A program made the translations under genes and the position numbers. The notes beneath the pieces were generated by a model. It saw nothing but the letters and a program-made list of their open reading frames with translations. It did not search any database and had not been told where the DNA came from. DNA of 64,000 nucleotides from Nitrosopumilales archaeon (GTDB lineage Archaea; Thermoproteota; Nitrososphaeria; Nitrososphaerales; Nitrososphaeraceae), in contig JBIQJB010000006.1 in the NCBI GenBank assembly GCA_044507735.1, forward strand, positions 1 to 64,000. The letters run 5' to 3'. Shown here piece by piece: positions 18,776 to 28,263 of the stretch; the stretch's first letter is position 1; the number at the start of each line of letters is the position of its first letter.

Positions 18776-19633
18776 TTACATCAGATTTTCCACGATCTCG
18801 TACATTTTGGTGTACGACTGCTGCAGGTCCTGCCACTTTTGCAGTCTTGATTTGACCTTCGATAGATCAGCCTTCAACTTGGTGCTGTCCTTTGAGGAGG
18901 CCATTTTGGATACGGCAGTCGCTTCCTTCAGATATTGTCGGATGAATTTCTTAGCATACGGATTTTCCTGTATCAGCGCTACAACCAGATCGGGTTCGCT
19001 TGTAAGGATGCTTTCTGCAACGAGCGACTGCAGCGCAAACGTAGTGCCAGCCACCTGCTTTAGAGTAGAAACATTTCCGGACGACACTACTTTGGCAAAG
19101 ACGATGTTTACAAAGTATGTTACCCCAAGCACAGTTGCGACAGAGGTGTCATGAGCTCTTGCAGTAGGCAGCACTCTAACTGTGGAATTTTCGAATATCT
19201 CGTGAACCATCCTTATCTCATCATCTTCATTTCTGACCGGCACAAGCAATATCTTCGGTCGCATTTTCTCAGTTGCACCTGGCCCAAACATTGGATGTAT
19301 GCAAAGCGGTCGGACATTGTCAGTAACCCTCTTCAGTGCGCGGAATGTCTGGTGCTTCACAGATGATATTTCAGAAATGACGGCGCCAGCCTTCATGCTT
19401 CTTGCACATTCAGCTATTGTTCTGGGAGCCACCCGTACCGGCACTGAAACGAGAACCAAGTCAGCATCTCTGACGCAGTCGGCGATGCTTCTTGCAATGT
19501 GGACATGATCTGAGGCTTTCAACGATTTCCTATTGACATCAAAAGCCGAAACCTGTACGCCGCGGCGTGCAAAATAGGTGGTGAACCAAGAACCCATCTT
19601 CCCTGCTGCACCAATGATCGCTACTTGCTGCAT
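18776..19633 (-). CDS. tyrA: prephenate/arogenate dehydrogenase
   Basis: IIGAAGKMG Rossmann motif, EISSVK, HPMFGP, HD motif; last gene of the aro cluster. Confidence 0.92.
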   Translation of the reverse strand: MQQVAIIGAAGKMGSWFTTYFARRGVQVSAFDVNRKSLKASDHVHIARSIADCVRDADLVLVSVPVRVAPRTIAECARSMKAGAVISEISSVKHQTFRALKRVTDNVRPLCIHPMFGPGATEKMRPKILLVPVRNEDDEIRMVHEIFENSTVRVLPTARAHDTSVATVLGVTYFVNIVFAKVVSSGNVSTLKQVAGTTFALQSLVAESILTSEPDLVVALIQENPYAKKFIRQYLKEATAVSKMASSKDSTKLKADLSKVKSRLQKWQDLQQSYTKMYEIVENLM

Positions 19634-19634
19634 C

Positions 19635-21017
19635 TCAGGCGTTCTCCCCTATCGTTGACGCCATTATATCTAGCCCTTTCCCAAGAACCTCTTCGGGTTG
19701 GCAGGCGGATATCCTCACGAACTGTCTATAAGAGTCTCCAAATCCGCTACCCGGTGCAATTGCCACCCCTTTTTCCAACAGCCTTTCTACCAGGGAAATG
19801 TCATCTCCCCTTGGCAGCGCGGGGTACACGTACATTGCGCCGTCTGGCTCGACAAATTGAAGTGACATTTGCTTGAGCTTTGAAGACACAAAGTCGAGCC
19901 TCTTTTTCATAGTCCTGACATTTTCTGAAGGATCCTGACCAAGGGCGGCAAGTGCTGCATATTGCACGGGTTCAGCGACGCTGGTTATTCCCACCGCTTG
20001 CACTTTTGCCATCTTGGTAATGATGTCCTTGCCAGCGACAGCATAGCCGACCCGAAAACCAGTCATCGCGTAGCGCTTCGAAAACGAGGACACCAATATG
20101 CTCTTTGCATATCCGTATTCATGTATGCTTGTAAACTTCTTGAAAGTATAGTCGGCATATACTTCGTCGCTTAGCACGTAAAGGTCGTTGTCCTTGGCGA
20201 TGGATACTATTCTCTCCATCGTTCTTTCGTCCAAAACCTTGCCTGTTGGGTTGTTTGGATAGTTGAGCACAATCATCTTGGTGCTCTGGTTTATCACAGC
20301 CTCAAGTTGGCTCAGATCAGGAGTCCATTTGTTCTCAATGGTTGTCCTCAGGGTTCTTGTCCTAGCACCAACAAAGTCCGCACACTCCTTGTATGCAGGC
20401 CAGGCCGGCTCGATGGTGATGAGCTCCTGCCCAGGTTTCAAGAGCGAGGTGATTGCGCTGAAAACAGCAAAGCGGCCACCCGGTGTGACTATTATCTGGT
20501 CTTCTGGAACATATTCTTTCCTAGCTATTGCTTCGCGGAGTTTTGGGACGCCGCGTGTATCGGTATAATGATACTGCTTTTGCCTGAATGAAGCGATAAG
20601 TGACTCGCCGACTGCCTCCGGCGGCGCGTAGTCAGGCTCGCCCACCTCCATGTGGATTATCCTTCTTCCGGATGCTTCAAGCTGCTTGGCTTTCATGAAT
20701 ATTGAAAGGTGCGTCTGCGTCGGCGACTTTTTTTGCTGTCTGTTCTGTGCCTGTAACCTCTCCGATTCTGTCAGCAAGAGATTCAGCAACTGCAGCGCAA
20801 ATTCTCTGCCCATCCCTATCTCGTCTGCAAGCGTTAGTACCATAGTACGTATTTCGCTTTCGACCTTCTCATCTTTGACGTCAATTCCAAGTCTGTCCTT
20901 TATTTCGCCGATCTGTTTTGCCAGTGTCATTCGCTGGTTGACATTACGCATTATCTGGGCCGTTACATCGCGGACCTGATACCGCAGCATTTCCAGATCA
21001 TCGTTTCTGCCCATCAT
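19635..21017 (-). CDS. chorismate mutase (AroQ) - class I/II aminotransferase fusion
   Basis: N-terminal LR...R..LA.QIG.IK...D..E AroQ pattern; GEPD, NYPNNPTG, SDEVY, SFSKRYAMTGFRVG PLP-lysine motif. Confidence 0.9.
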   Translation of the reverse strand: MMGRNDDLEMLRYQVRDVTAQIMRNVNQRMTLAKQIGEIKDRLGIDVKDEKVESEIRTMVLTLADEIGMGREFALQLLNLLLTESERLQAQNRQQKKSPTQTHLSIFMKAKQLEASGRRIIHMEVGEPDYAPPEAVGESLIASFRQKQYHYTDTRGVPKLREAIARKEYVPEDQIIVTPGGRFAVFSAITSLLKPGQELITIEPAWPAYKECADFVGARTRTLRTTIENKWTPDLSQLEAVINQSTKMIVLNYPNNPTGKVLDERTMERIVSIAKDNDLYVLSDEVYADYTFKKFTSIHEYGYAKSILVSSFSKRYAMTGFRVGYAVAGKDIITKMAKVQAVGITSVAEPVQYAALAALGQDPSENVRTMKKRLDFVSSKLKQMSLQFVEPDGAMYVYPALPRGDDISLVERLLEKGVAIAPGSGFGDSYRQFVRISACQPEEVLGKGLDIMASTIGENA

Positions 21018-21027
21018 TATTTCACCG

Positions 21028-22122
21028 TCACTTGAGCACCGGCGGTATCAGGCCAGCCCGAATGGCGTGGTCGGCCAGAACCATAGAAACTATGCACTCG
21101 ACAACGGGCGGTGCTCTTGGGACTACGCATGGGTCATGTCTTCCAGGGACTGAAAGGTTGGTCTGTGATTTCTTTACTATATCGAGAGTTTCCTGTGTTT
21201 TCGCTATGGAAGCTGCTGGTTTGAAGGCGACCCTGATGACAAGTGGCATACCATTTGAAAGGCCGCCAAGTATCCCGCCAGCATTGTTGGTCTTGGTAAC
21301 CACCTTGCCATCCTCTATCGCATAAGCATCGTTATTTTCGGAGCCACGCTTCCTGCTGCCAGCAAAGCCAGACCCGAATTCGACTCCCTTCACTGCAGGT
21401 ATACTAAAGAGCGCCTTTGAAAGATCCGATTCAAGTGATGCAAAAATGGGCTCCCCAAGCCCGACAGGGAGGCTGCTGGTAGTACATTCAACAACACCGC
21501 CAAGTGAGTCTCCATCCTTTCTGGCCTGAAGTATTGCATCCCTCATTCTTTCAGCGGCAACTGGATCGGGGCACCGTACGTCGTTGTCGTATCTTTTGGC
21601 AATGTTGGCCGATGTGATGTTACCTGCCTTGACATTTCCAATTTCGGTAGTGTAAGCCACAGTTTCAATTCCAAGCGTATTTTTCAAAAGCTTGGCCGCC
21701 ACAGCTCCGGCCATTACAAGCGTCGCAGTAAGCCTGCCAGAGAACCTGCCTCCGCCGCGATAATCCACGAAGCCGCCATACTTTACCATGGCGGGATAGT
21801 CAGCGTGACCCGGTCTCGGGATGTTTCTTATTGCTTCATATGCACGTGAGTCAGAATCTTTATTCCATATCAACATACAGATAGGAGCGCCTGTTGTAAA
21901 GCCATTAAAGATACCGGAAATTATCTCGACCTTGTCCTCTTCCTTTCGCTGAGTAGTGACTACTGATTGACCGGGTTTTCTCAAGTCCAATAGACCTTGG
22001 ATGTCTGATTCGCTCAGAGGTAGGCCTGCAGGACAGCCATCGACTACTATGCCAACACACCTTCCATGGCTCTCTCCAAAGCTCATGGCGACAAAACGCT
22101 CGCCTATTATGCTGCCGCCCAT
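21028..22122 (-). CDS. aroC: chorismate synthase
   Basis: FGESHG, RPGHAD, RGGGRFSGR, GDSLGG, GRHDPC; start at MGGSIIG. Confidence 0.97.
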   Translation of the reverse strand: MGGSIIGERFVAMSFGESHGRCVGIVVDGCPAGLPLSESDIQGLLDLRKPGQSVVTTQRKEEDKVEIISGIFNGFTTGAPICMLIWNKDSDSRAYEAIRNIPRPGHADYPAMVKYGGFVDYRGGGRFSGRLTATLVMAGAVAAKLLKNTLGIETVAYTTEIGNVKAGNITSANIAKRYDNDVRCPDPVAAERMRDAILQARKDGDSLGGVVECTTSSLPVGLGEPIFASLESDLSKALFSIPAVKGVEFGSGFAGSRKRGSENNDAYAIEDGKVVTKTNNAGGILGGLSNGMPLVIRVAFKPAASIAKTQETLDIVKKSQTNLSVPGRHDPCVVPRAPPVVECIVSMVLADHAIRAGLIPPVLK

Positions 22123-22180
22123 ATCTCTAGTAGATGCAGGTTTAGTCTGTTCTATATAAAGTGCTTTTGGAGAGTGACCA

Positions 22181-23485
22181 TTATTCCCGGTCTGGAGCAG
22201 AAGAGATCTTTGCCCCAAGCTCCTTCATATCCTGAACGAAATTAGGATACGAAACATCTACAGACTCTGAGCCAGCCACGATCGACTTTTCAGTCATCAT
22301 TGACGCTATGGTAAAAGCCATGAATAACCTGTGATCATTGTAGGCTTCCAATGAAGCACTCCTTAGCGGTTTGGTTGCTGTTATCTTGAGGCCGTCTTGA
22401 AATTCTTTGATGCGCGCGCCAAATTTGACCAATTCTTGTGCGATGTTTGCTACTCTGTCTGTCTCTTTTACTCTTGCATGTGCTACTCCGGTTATTGTGA
22501 CTGGTGTTTTGGCCTTAAGCGCCAATATAGATACGACAGGCAGCAGGTCTGGTGTGTTTCCCAGGTCAAAGTCGCCCCCTTCTAGCTCCTCTGCCCCCTC
22601 TACTACAACTTCGCCTTTGTTCACATCCACCTTTAGGCGGCAGCCCATCTCCTTCAGAATGTCGACTATTTGAGAGTCACCCTGTGGCAGCGAAAAATTG
22701 AGGCCCTTGATCTTCAGCTTGTCTCCAACAAGGGCCCCTGCCGCCATGATCAGGGCCGCCGTTGAAAAGTCGCTCGGTACGTCAAACTTTGCGCTGCGGT
22801 ATTTGGAACCCTTAATTTGATATTCCAGCATGTCAGGACTGTGATCCACCGTCACTCCAAAGTGTTTCATGGTTGCAAGTGTTGCGCTGACATACGGCTT
22901 GGAGACCAGATTGCCCTTGATCTTCATCACAATTTCTGAATCTGCATAAATGCCGGCAATAAGCAACCCCGAAATAAACTGGCTCGAGATGCTCCCGTCC
23001 ACGACTGTAGTGCCTCCCTTGATACCACCGCCTTTCACTACAAGCGGAGGAGTTCCGTTTAATCTAGTAGAGTAGGCCTCTACTCCAAGCTGTCCAAGTG
23101 CATCCAGAATTGGCTGCATCGGCCGTTTGCGCAGGCTCTCGTCACCGGTCAGCACAGTATAGCCCTTCTTCACTAGACCGCACATTGAGGTCAATATCCT
23201 TATTGTTGTCCCAGAATTCTCTGCATTGATCACATTTTCAGGTGGTTCAAAAGAGTTGAGACCCCTAATTTTCACCGTCGTTCCTTCGTGATTTATCTCC
23301 GCACCAAGTGCGCGACAGCCAGCAAGTGTCGCGAGCGTATCTCGGGCCAACAAGGCATTCGTTATTGTGGACGGCTTGCCTTGAGCGAGCGACGCTATCG
23401 CTATCGCTCGGTGGCTGTAGCTCTTGCTTGATGGGCACCTGATGTTTCCAGATATCTTGGACTTTCTGACCACTATGCTAACCAT
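22181..23485 (-). CDS. aroA: 3-phosphoshikimate 1-carboxyvinyltransferase (EPSP synthase)
   Basis: SKSYSHR, NSGTT, RPM, SSQF, RVKETDR, DHR, SYPNF. Confidence 0.97.
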   Translation of the reverse strand: MVSIVVRKSKISGNIRCPSSKSYSHRAIAIASLAQGKPSTITNALLARDTLATLAGCRALGAEINHEGTTVKIRGLNSFEPPENVINAENSGTTIRILTSMCGLVKKGYTVLTGDESLRKRPMQPILDALGQLGVEAYSTRLNGTPPLVVKGGGIKGGTTVVDGSISSQFISGLLIAGIYADSEIVMKIKGNLVSKPYVSATLATMKHFGVTVDHSPDMLEYQIKGSKYRSAKFDVPSDFSTAALIMAAGALVGDKLKIKGLNFSLPQGDSQIVDILKEMGCRLKVDVNKGEVVVEGAEELEGGDFDLGNTPDLLPVVSILALKAKTPVTITGVAHARVKETDRVANIAQELVKFGARIKEFQDGLKITATKPLRSASLEAYNDHRLFMAFTIASMMTEKSIVAGSESVDVSYPNFVQDMKELGAKISSAPDRE

Positions 23486-24338
23486 TCAGGATCTCCACAC
23501 TAGCCTTCTGGTTATTAATTTTAGAAACAAGTATCCTTCCTTCAAACTTTGATAGTGCGGCCTCTATTTCTCTTATTTCGTCTTCGTGGCTCACTGCCGC
23601 TATCGATGGTCCGTTGCCCGACACGCCTGCTGCAAGTGCACCGCTTTCCAACATGGCCATAATCGGCGCATACTTGGAAGATAATGCTGCAGAAGCAAGT
23701 ACTCCATTGAGCTTCATGGCCTTCCAGTACTCTCCTGCTTCAGCTAGTCTGAACGCATCCCTGAAGAGGTCGGAGAGGTTGCTCAGCTTGCGTACGTCGC
23801 CCCTTGGTGTGTTGCGAGGAAGGAAAATGATCGCGTAAAGGTTCTCGGGCGCTTCTTCTCTGCGGATAAGCCGCCTCGCATAGTTATCAGTCACTGTAAA
23901 ACCACCGAAGTAGCAAGCAGTAGCATCGTCGTATGCTCCAGTCACCGTCACCTTCGCATCTAGGGACGCGCGAACCGCAGTGTCAAGCACGGCGAAGTCG
24001 TCGATATCTTCATCTTCCCTTGCAAGCCTGCTGCAAGCTAGCGCCACCGCGTTCGAGACTGCGCTAGAGCTTTTGAGCCCGTAGCCAATGGGTATTTCTG
24101 ACTTTACTCTTATCATGATCTGATTGTTGTCAATTGTTTCGCTTGGCAGGGTGTTACGCACGATGTTATTGATGAGTCGGTCGCCATTCTTTCCTGTCAG
24201 GAACTTGATCCCTTTGCCACGTCCAATCCCCACTTCAGCGGTGACTTTGAGAGAAATTCCTAATGCAGAACCGTTGCCCGTCGCAACAGCGTTTACTATC
24301 GAGATTGCCCCATGCATTGTAGCCTTCGCTTTTCTCAT
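23478..24338 (-). CDS. aroK: archaeal shikimate kinase (GHMP family)
   Basis: GAISIVNA, PIGYGLKSSSA, TGAYDDA, GVSGNGP; start at MRKAKA. Confidence 0.95.
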   Translation of the reverse strand: MRKAKATMHGAISIVNAVATGNGSALGISLKVTAEVGIGRGKGIKFLTGKNGDRLINNIVRNTLPSETIDNNQIMIRVKSEIPIGYGLKSSSAVSNAVALACSRLAREDEDIDDFAVLDTAVRASLDAKVTVTGAYDDATACYFGGFTVTDNYARRLIRREEAPENLYAIIFLPRNTPRGDVRKLSNLSDLFRDAFRLAEAGEYWKAMKLNGVLASAALSSKYAPIMAMLESGALAAGVSGNGPSIAAVSHEDEIREIEAALSKFEGRILVSKINNQKASVEILNG

Positions 24339-25183
24339 ATCGGCTCTCCAAAGACTCCCAGGAGGTGTCTTTTCATAGCCTCTCGCGGGGCCGCCAGCCC
24401 GGTCCATATCTCAAACGCCTTTGCTCCCTGCTCGATTAACATTTCGTATCCATATACAACCGTTGCCTGAGCATATTTGGCGTTTTCGATAAGATCCGTG
24501 ACTATTGGTCTGTATACTATGTCATAGACTATGCTTCCTTTCTTGATATGTTCGTAATCTATTGGACTCGACTCATTGTTCAGACCGATGGTTGTCGCGT
24601 TGACTATTAGGTCGCATTCTGGTGATACATCCTGGACCTGCGCAAATGGCAGAATCTCGCATTTCAGCCCGATATCAGACCCAATCTTGGCAAGTTCACT
24701 CGCCCTCTGCATATTCCGATTTGCGATGATGATTTTGGTAATGTTGGCGCCTTCTTGGGCAAGTGCTGCGACTATTGCGCGAGCTGCACCCCCAGCGCCC
24801 AGGAGCAGTACCTTCATGTTGTGAAAATCCACTTGTCGCCTCCGCAACGGCTCGATAAAGCCGTCGATGTCAGTATTGTATCCCCGAAGTATTCCTTCAA
24901 TGTTGTTGACCGTATTGACCGCAGCTGCCTTCTTTGCAGAAGGATCGAGTTCGTCCAGATACTTCATAACTTCGACCTTGTGCGGTACTGTCACATTGAA
25001 TCCTGAAATGTTTATGCTCCGCAACGATTCAATTGACTCCTTCAATTCGTTTGCTGGCACCCGAAAAGCAATGTAGGTGCAGTCTAGCCCGAGCGCAGCA
25101 AATGCAGCATTCTGCATTCCGGGGGACAGCGAGTGCTGGATCGGGTCACCTATTATACAGTATGTCTTCGTCGAGCCTCGCAT
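24335..25183 (-). CDS. aroE: shikimate dehydrogenase
   Basis: HSLSP, NVTVPHK, AVNT, NTDIDG, GAGGAARA, NAT, GYEMLIEQG; start at MRGSTK. Confidence 0.96.
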   Translation of the reverse strand: MRGSTKTYCIIGDPIQHSLSPGMQNAAFAALGLDCTYIAFRVPANELKESIESLRSINISGFNVTVPHKVEVMKYLDELDPSAKKAAAVNTVNNIEGILRGYNTDIDGFIEPLRRRQVDFHNMKVLLLGAGGAARAIVAALAQEGANITKIIIANRNMQRASELAKIGSDIGLKCEILPFAQVQDVSPECDLIVNATTIGLNNESSPIDYEHIKKGSIVYDIVYRPIVTDLIENAKYAQATVVYGYEMLIEQGAKAFEIWTGLAAPREAMKRHLLGVFGEPI

Positions 25184-25212
25184 TTGCCTAGGCGCGAATA
25201 TCAGCACCTGCC

Positions 25213-25220
25213 ATATATAA
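25213..25220 (-). promoter_or_regulatory. TATA box for aroE
   Basis: TTATATAT on the minus strand, 30-37 nt upstream of the aroE ATG. Confidence 0.6.
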
Positions 25221-25228
25221 CCTCAGAG

Positions 25229-25310
25229 AAAAAGGAGACCAGAAGGGATGTTGCCCCCCGTTCGGAATGGTCTGGTCTACCAAAGGGATATGATGGAAGG
25301 CATACACCCG
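25229..25310 (-). ncRNA. candidate structured small RNA/leader between aroD and aroE
   Basis: TTTTATCT box 30 nt upstream; hairpin GGGUGUAUG/CAUAUCCC; 8-bp stem AGACCAGA/UCUGGUCU; U5 tract. Confidence 0.35.
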
Positions 25311-25362
25311 CTAGTTAATTTGTGCAACATTAGATAAAAGGCTAAAGGGTGTATCCATTAAT

Positions 25363-26043
25363 TTACAATTTCATGCGATCATACAGCTTTCTCATTTGCG
25401 TTACTGTGAGCTGGCCTGGTGCGACCTTCTTTTCCAGGCTTGCATAAGTGAACGGCGCGTTCCCAGCTATGGTGCACATCACTCTAGACAATACGCCCGC
25501 TTCACCCATAGCAAAAAAGATCGGATGGAGCCCAATTGCAGTTTCATAGAGCTCCAACATTCTCAACGAATCATCTATGGCACTTGCAGTCGTCACCACC
25601 TTAACATAATTGCTGTATATCCTCATTTCTGACAGCACGTCTGCAAGTTTCTCATTTGGCGGCGTCTTTTCAAAATCGTGCCAAGAAACGAGCAGAGATG
25701 CTTTTTGGTTCTCAAGGTAGTCAGCCAGCTCATCGTTCTTCTGTATGGTGAGAAGTTCAACATCAAGCAGCATCGGTCTCTGCTCTGCTAACCTATACAG
25801 CCACTTTATTCGGTCCTGCTCGCTACCAGAGAATTTTCCGCCCTGATCGGCGGAGCGCAGCGTAAAGACAGCTTTGCTCTTTATGCCACTTGCAACATCA
25901 ATTGCGGCCTGCAGTTGCTCTGGCTCTAGGAAATCGAAACGGATCTCGACATAGTCGGCTCCAAGCTCAAATGCCCTTGAGGACTGCTCTTGAATTGAGT
26001 TTGTGCTATCTGGTGCAATCGAGACGCAGATCTTGGGTCTCAA
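25363..26043 (-). CDS. aroD: type I 3-dehydroquinate dehydratase
   Basis: EIRFD, FTLR..QGG, DVEL, SWHDF, KVV, AMGEAG..SR, APGQ. Confidence 0.95.
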   Translation of the reverse strand: MRPKICVSIAPDSTNSIQEQSSRAFELGADYVEIRFDFLEPEQLQAAIDVASGIKSKAVFTLRSADQGGKFSGSEQDRIKWLYRLAEQRPMLLDVELLTIQKNDELADYLENQKASLLVSWHDFEKTPPNEKLADVLSEMRIYSNYVKVVTTASAIDDSLRMLELYETAIGLHPIFFAMGEAGVLSRVMCTIAGNAPFTYASLEKKVAPGQLTVTQMRKLYDRMKL

Positions 26044-26093
26044 GATGATATTTCCCGCCGGTGTTCAGGCTCTGCAGTTAAATTAATCTTGTT

Positions 26094-26240
26094 TTATCCA
26101 ACGCCAGCAGGAGGTGAGCTGTTCTTGCTGTGTTCCATGCGCATATGCGATTCAAGAAGTTCGGCTGTGTCAAAAACCCTCCCACAAAGGTTACAGCGGT
26201 GCGTTCTTGGAGCTCTTGAGCCTGTCGCCGCCGTCGACAT
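26094..26240 (-). CDS. 48-aa C2H2 zinc-finger microprotein (not in ORF track)
   Basis: MSTAATGSRAPRTHRCNLCGRVFDTAELLESHMRMEHSKNSSPPAGVG = C-x2-C-x3-F-x8-H-x4-H; GGTGA and TTAATAA upstream. Confidence 0.8.
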   Translation of the reverse strand: MSTAATGSRAPRTHRCNLCGRVFDTAELLESHMRMEHSKNSSPPAGVG

Positions 26241-26389
26241 ATTCACCTTATCTTGGCTGTCACACCTTATTAAGGGTGATTCCGTCTACAATGGTGGAAG
26301 CGCAGGGCTCTGGCACTCCCTGAAAAATTCACGCTCTTGTACAGCATGAGCGGATAGGTGTGTGACTCCAACTTGAGCAAATGGAATTT

Positions 26390-26400
26390 CCCCCCCCCCC
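26390..26400. repeat. C11/G11 homopolymer tract
   Basis: 11 consecutive C on the + strand. Confidence 0.9.
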
Positions 26401-27443
26401 TTCATAGTGTTGTTTATTTTCAGTCAAATCCTTGCATCTGATATATAGCTAGACCGAAGGAGAGGACCTGCGACAACACATCTAGCATGCCAAAAACGGG
26501 ATTTTGACACTCAGATAAAACAGAAGATCATCGGCACCGTCCCGGGCCTACGTCTGGGGAATGCGCTTGGTGCGACAAGCATCAAGTTTCTTTTGAACAG
26601 GATCTTAGAGCTCCTCACGACAACAGAAGCAAAGAACTTCCCACCTAGAGCGTCTGAATAAGAATGGTCCATACCAGACCGTCTGCAAGAGCAAGAGAGA
26701 TTGCCGGCCCTGTGGTGAGAGGAGAATGCCCAATCAGTGGATGGTCCAAGTGCGCATGACTTGACCATAACGCCCGCATGATTGGAACACCGGGACTATT
26801 GAATATGCTACAAAGGCCATAGGCAAGTGTAGTGAATTAATGACTGTAAGGACAAATTTGATGTGTTGAATCACTGGCTGAGCACCAGCGGCAAGTCAAA
26901 GAAGGCAATGTACGACGGCAGAGGAAGAAAAAGCAGTTTCTTTGAATCAAAGTTGTCCAGAAAGTTCCTGAAGGAGATCCTCTTCAGTATAAACCAACAT
27001 CTGTAGGATCATCGCGGCTCCAGGAAAGTTTAGCTCGGACCTACAAGCAGATAGGCGAGAATGGATTCCTTATGGTCGACGAAATACCACCAAAAGAGCA
27101 GACTATAAGGTCAATGAAACAATGATAGTCACTGCTTGCAACGTGTACACAGTGCACGGTGACCGAAGAGAGATGACGCCACAGTAGATGTCATCGTACT
27201 TGCAATTGTCAATACGCTTCCCCGGAAGTGAGGATATCGATCGGAATATGATCACCCGTGTCTATAACTGAAAGTGCTAGCTATCTCTGTAAGTACAGCT
27301 GTTATCTTTCTCATATGGAGATACAAGGTCAATTCACGAAATGCGTGTGAGTGAATCGCACTAGCATCTGTCGCGCTAGATAACAACACCAAGATCTCAC
27401 CTACAGATTATTATAACCCCCTAGCACTCCTTATTGAAGAATA

Positions 27444-27788
27444 ATGCCTTCTCTAGAAGAGCATGTCGCGCGGCTTCAATCACTTGGCTTCGATACGCAG
27501 TTGGTTGAATCGTTTTCAAGTCAATGGAAGCCGCTTGCAGATGACGGTTATGAAATGTATGCAATGTATACCGGCGTCGTCGGATCTGTTCTTGAAGACA
27601 GCAAGGCGTGCGTCATTTGCTCAAGAAATGACGCAGGCTTGAGGTGGGAAAAGGTGGTGACACCGAGTCAAGATAGTGCAGCCATCTATACTGTATGCAA
27701 GGCGTGCGACGAGCAATACGTAGAAGCAGCCATCAGGCAGAAAGCCCTTGGTCGGCTCCTGAGAGAACGCAACACTCGCCCAACATGA
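27444..27788 (+). CDS. hypothetical protein with CxxC...CxxC zinc-binding motif
   Basis: CVIC and CKAC pairs; TTATAA box about 30 nt upstream. Confidence 0.7.
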   Translation: MPSLEEHVARLQSLGFDTQLVESFSSQWKPLADDGYEMYAMYTGVVGSVLEDSKACVICSRNDAGLRWEKVVTPSQDSAAIYTVCKACDEQYVEAAIRQKALGRLLRERNTRPT

Positions 27789-27803
27789 CTACAGCCATCA
27801 TCA

Positions 27804-28214
27804 TCAACCATACTTGGCGTGGAATATCTTAGTTGGCTTTATCTTCAGAAGGACCCTCCTTTCTCCCGGCGCACGGCCCGGATACTTGTCAAGACCCAGG
27901 TACTTTTTTGCCATATTGTCAATGTGTTCTTCGGCACCAATTGTAGTATGTTCGACTACCTTGCCACGTATAGTCACCATGTTATACGGGTTGTTCCGAT
28001 CTACCACACACACTGCAACGCGTGAATCACGCAGAACATTTTCGTATTTTAGTCTGCCAATTGCCGTATTGATTAGAACGTACTCACCATCCGTGTCAAC
28101 CCACACCGGGGTGACTTGCGGAGAACCATCAGACATTATTGTAGCGAGATAGGCAAAATTCTTGTCATGGAGTAGCTGGCTTACAACTTCTGATTTGAGT
28201 GTCTCTTGGCTCAT
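27804..28214 (-). CDS. PPOX-class F420-dependent oxidoreductase
   Basis: LATIMSDGSPQVTPVW...K..N..RD.RV...KKYLG...R.LLKI.P split-barrel motifs. Confidence 0.92.
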   Translation of the reverse strand: MSQETLKSEVVSQLLHDKNFAYLATIMSDGSPQVTPVWVDTDGEYVLINTAIGRLKYENVLRDSRVAVCVVDRNNPYNMVTIRGKVVEHTTIGAEEHIDNMAKKYLGLDKYPGRAPGERRVLLKIKPTKIFHAKYG

Positions 28215-28263
28215 TTTGTCCAGAAAAAAGGAGGGCGAACCATAATAAAAACAGTAGCAGGCA

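Noticed and set aside
26089-26349. Plus-strand 86-aa and 69-aa ORFs
   Set aside because: Antisense shadows of the C2H2 microprotein
26511-26768. 85-aa minus-strand ORF in the gene-poor patch
   Set aside because: Atypical composition and no motif; cannot be supported as a gene
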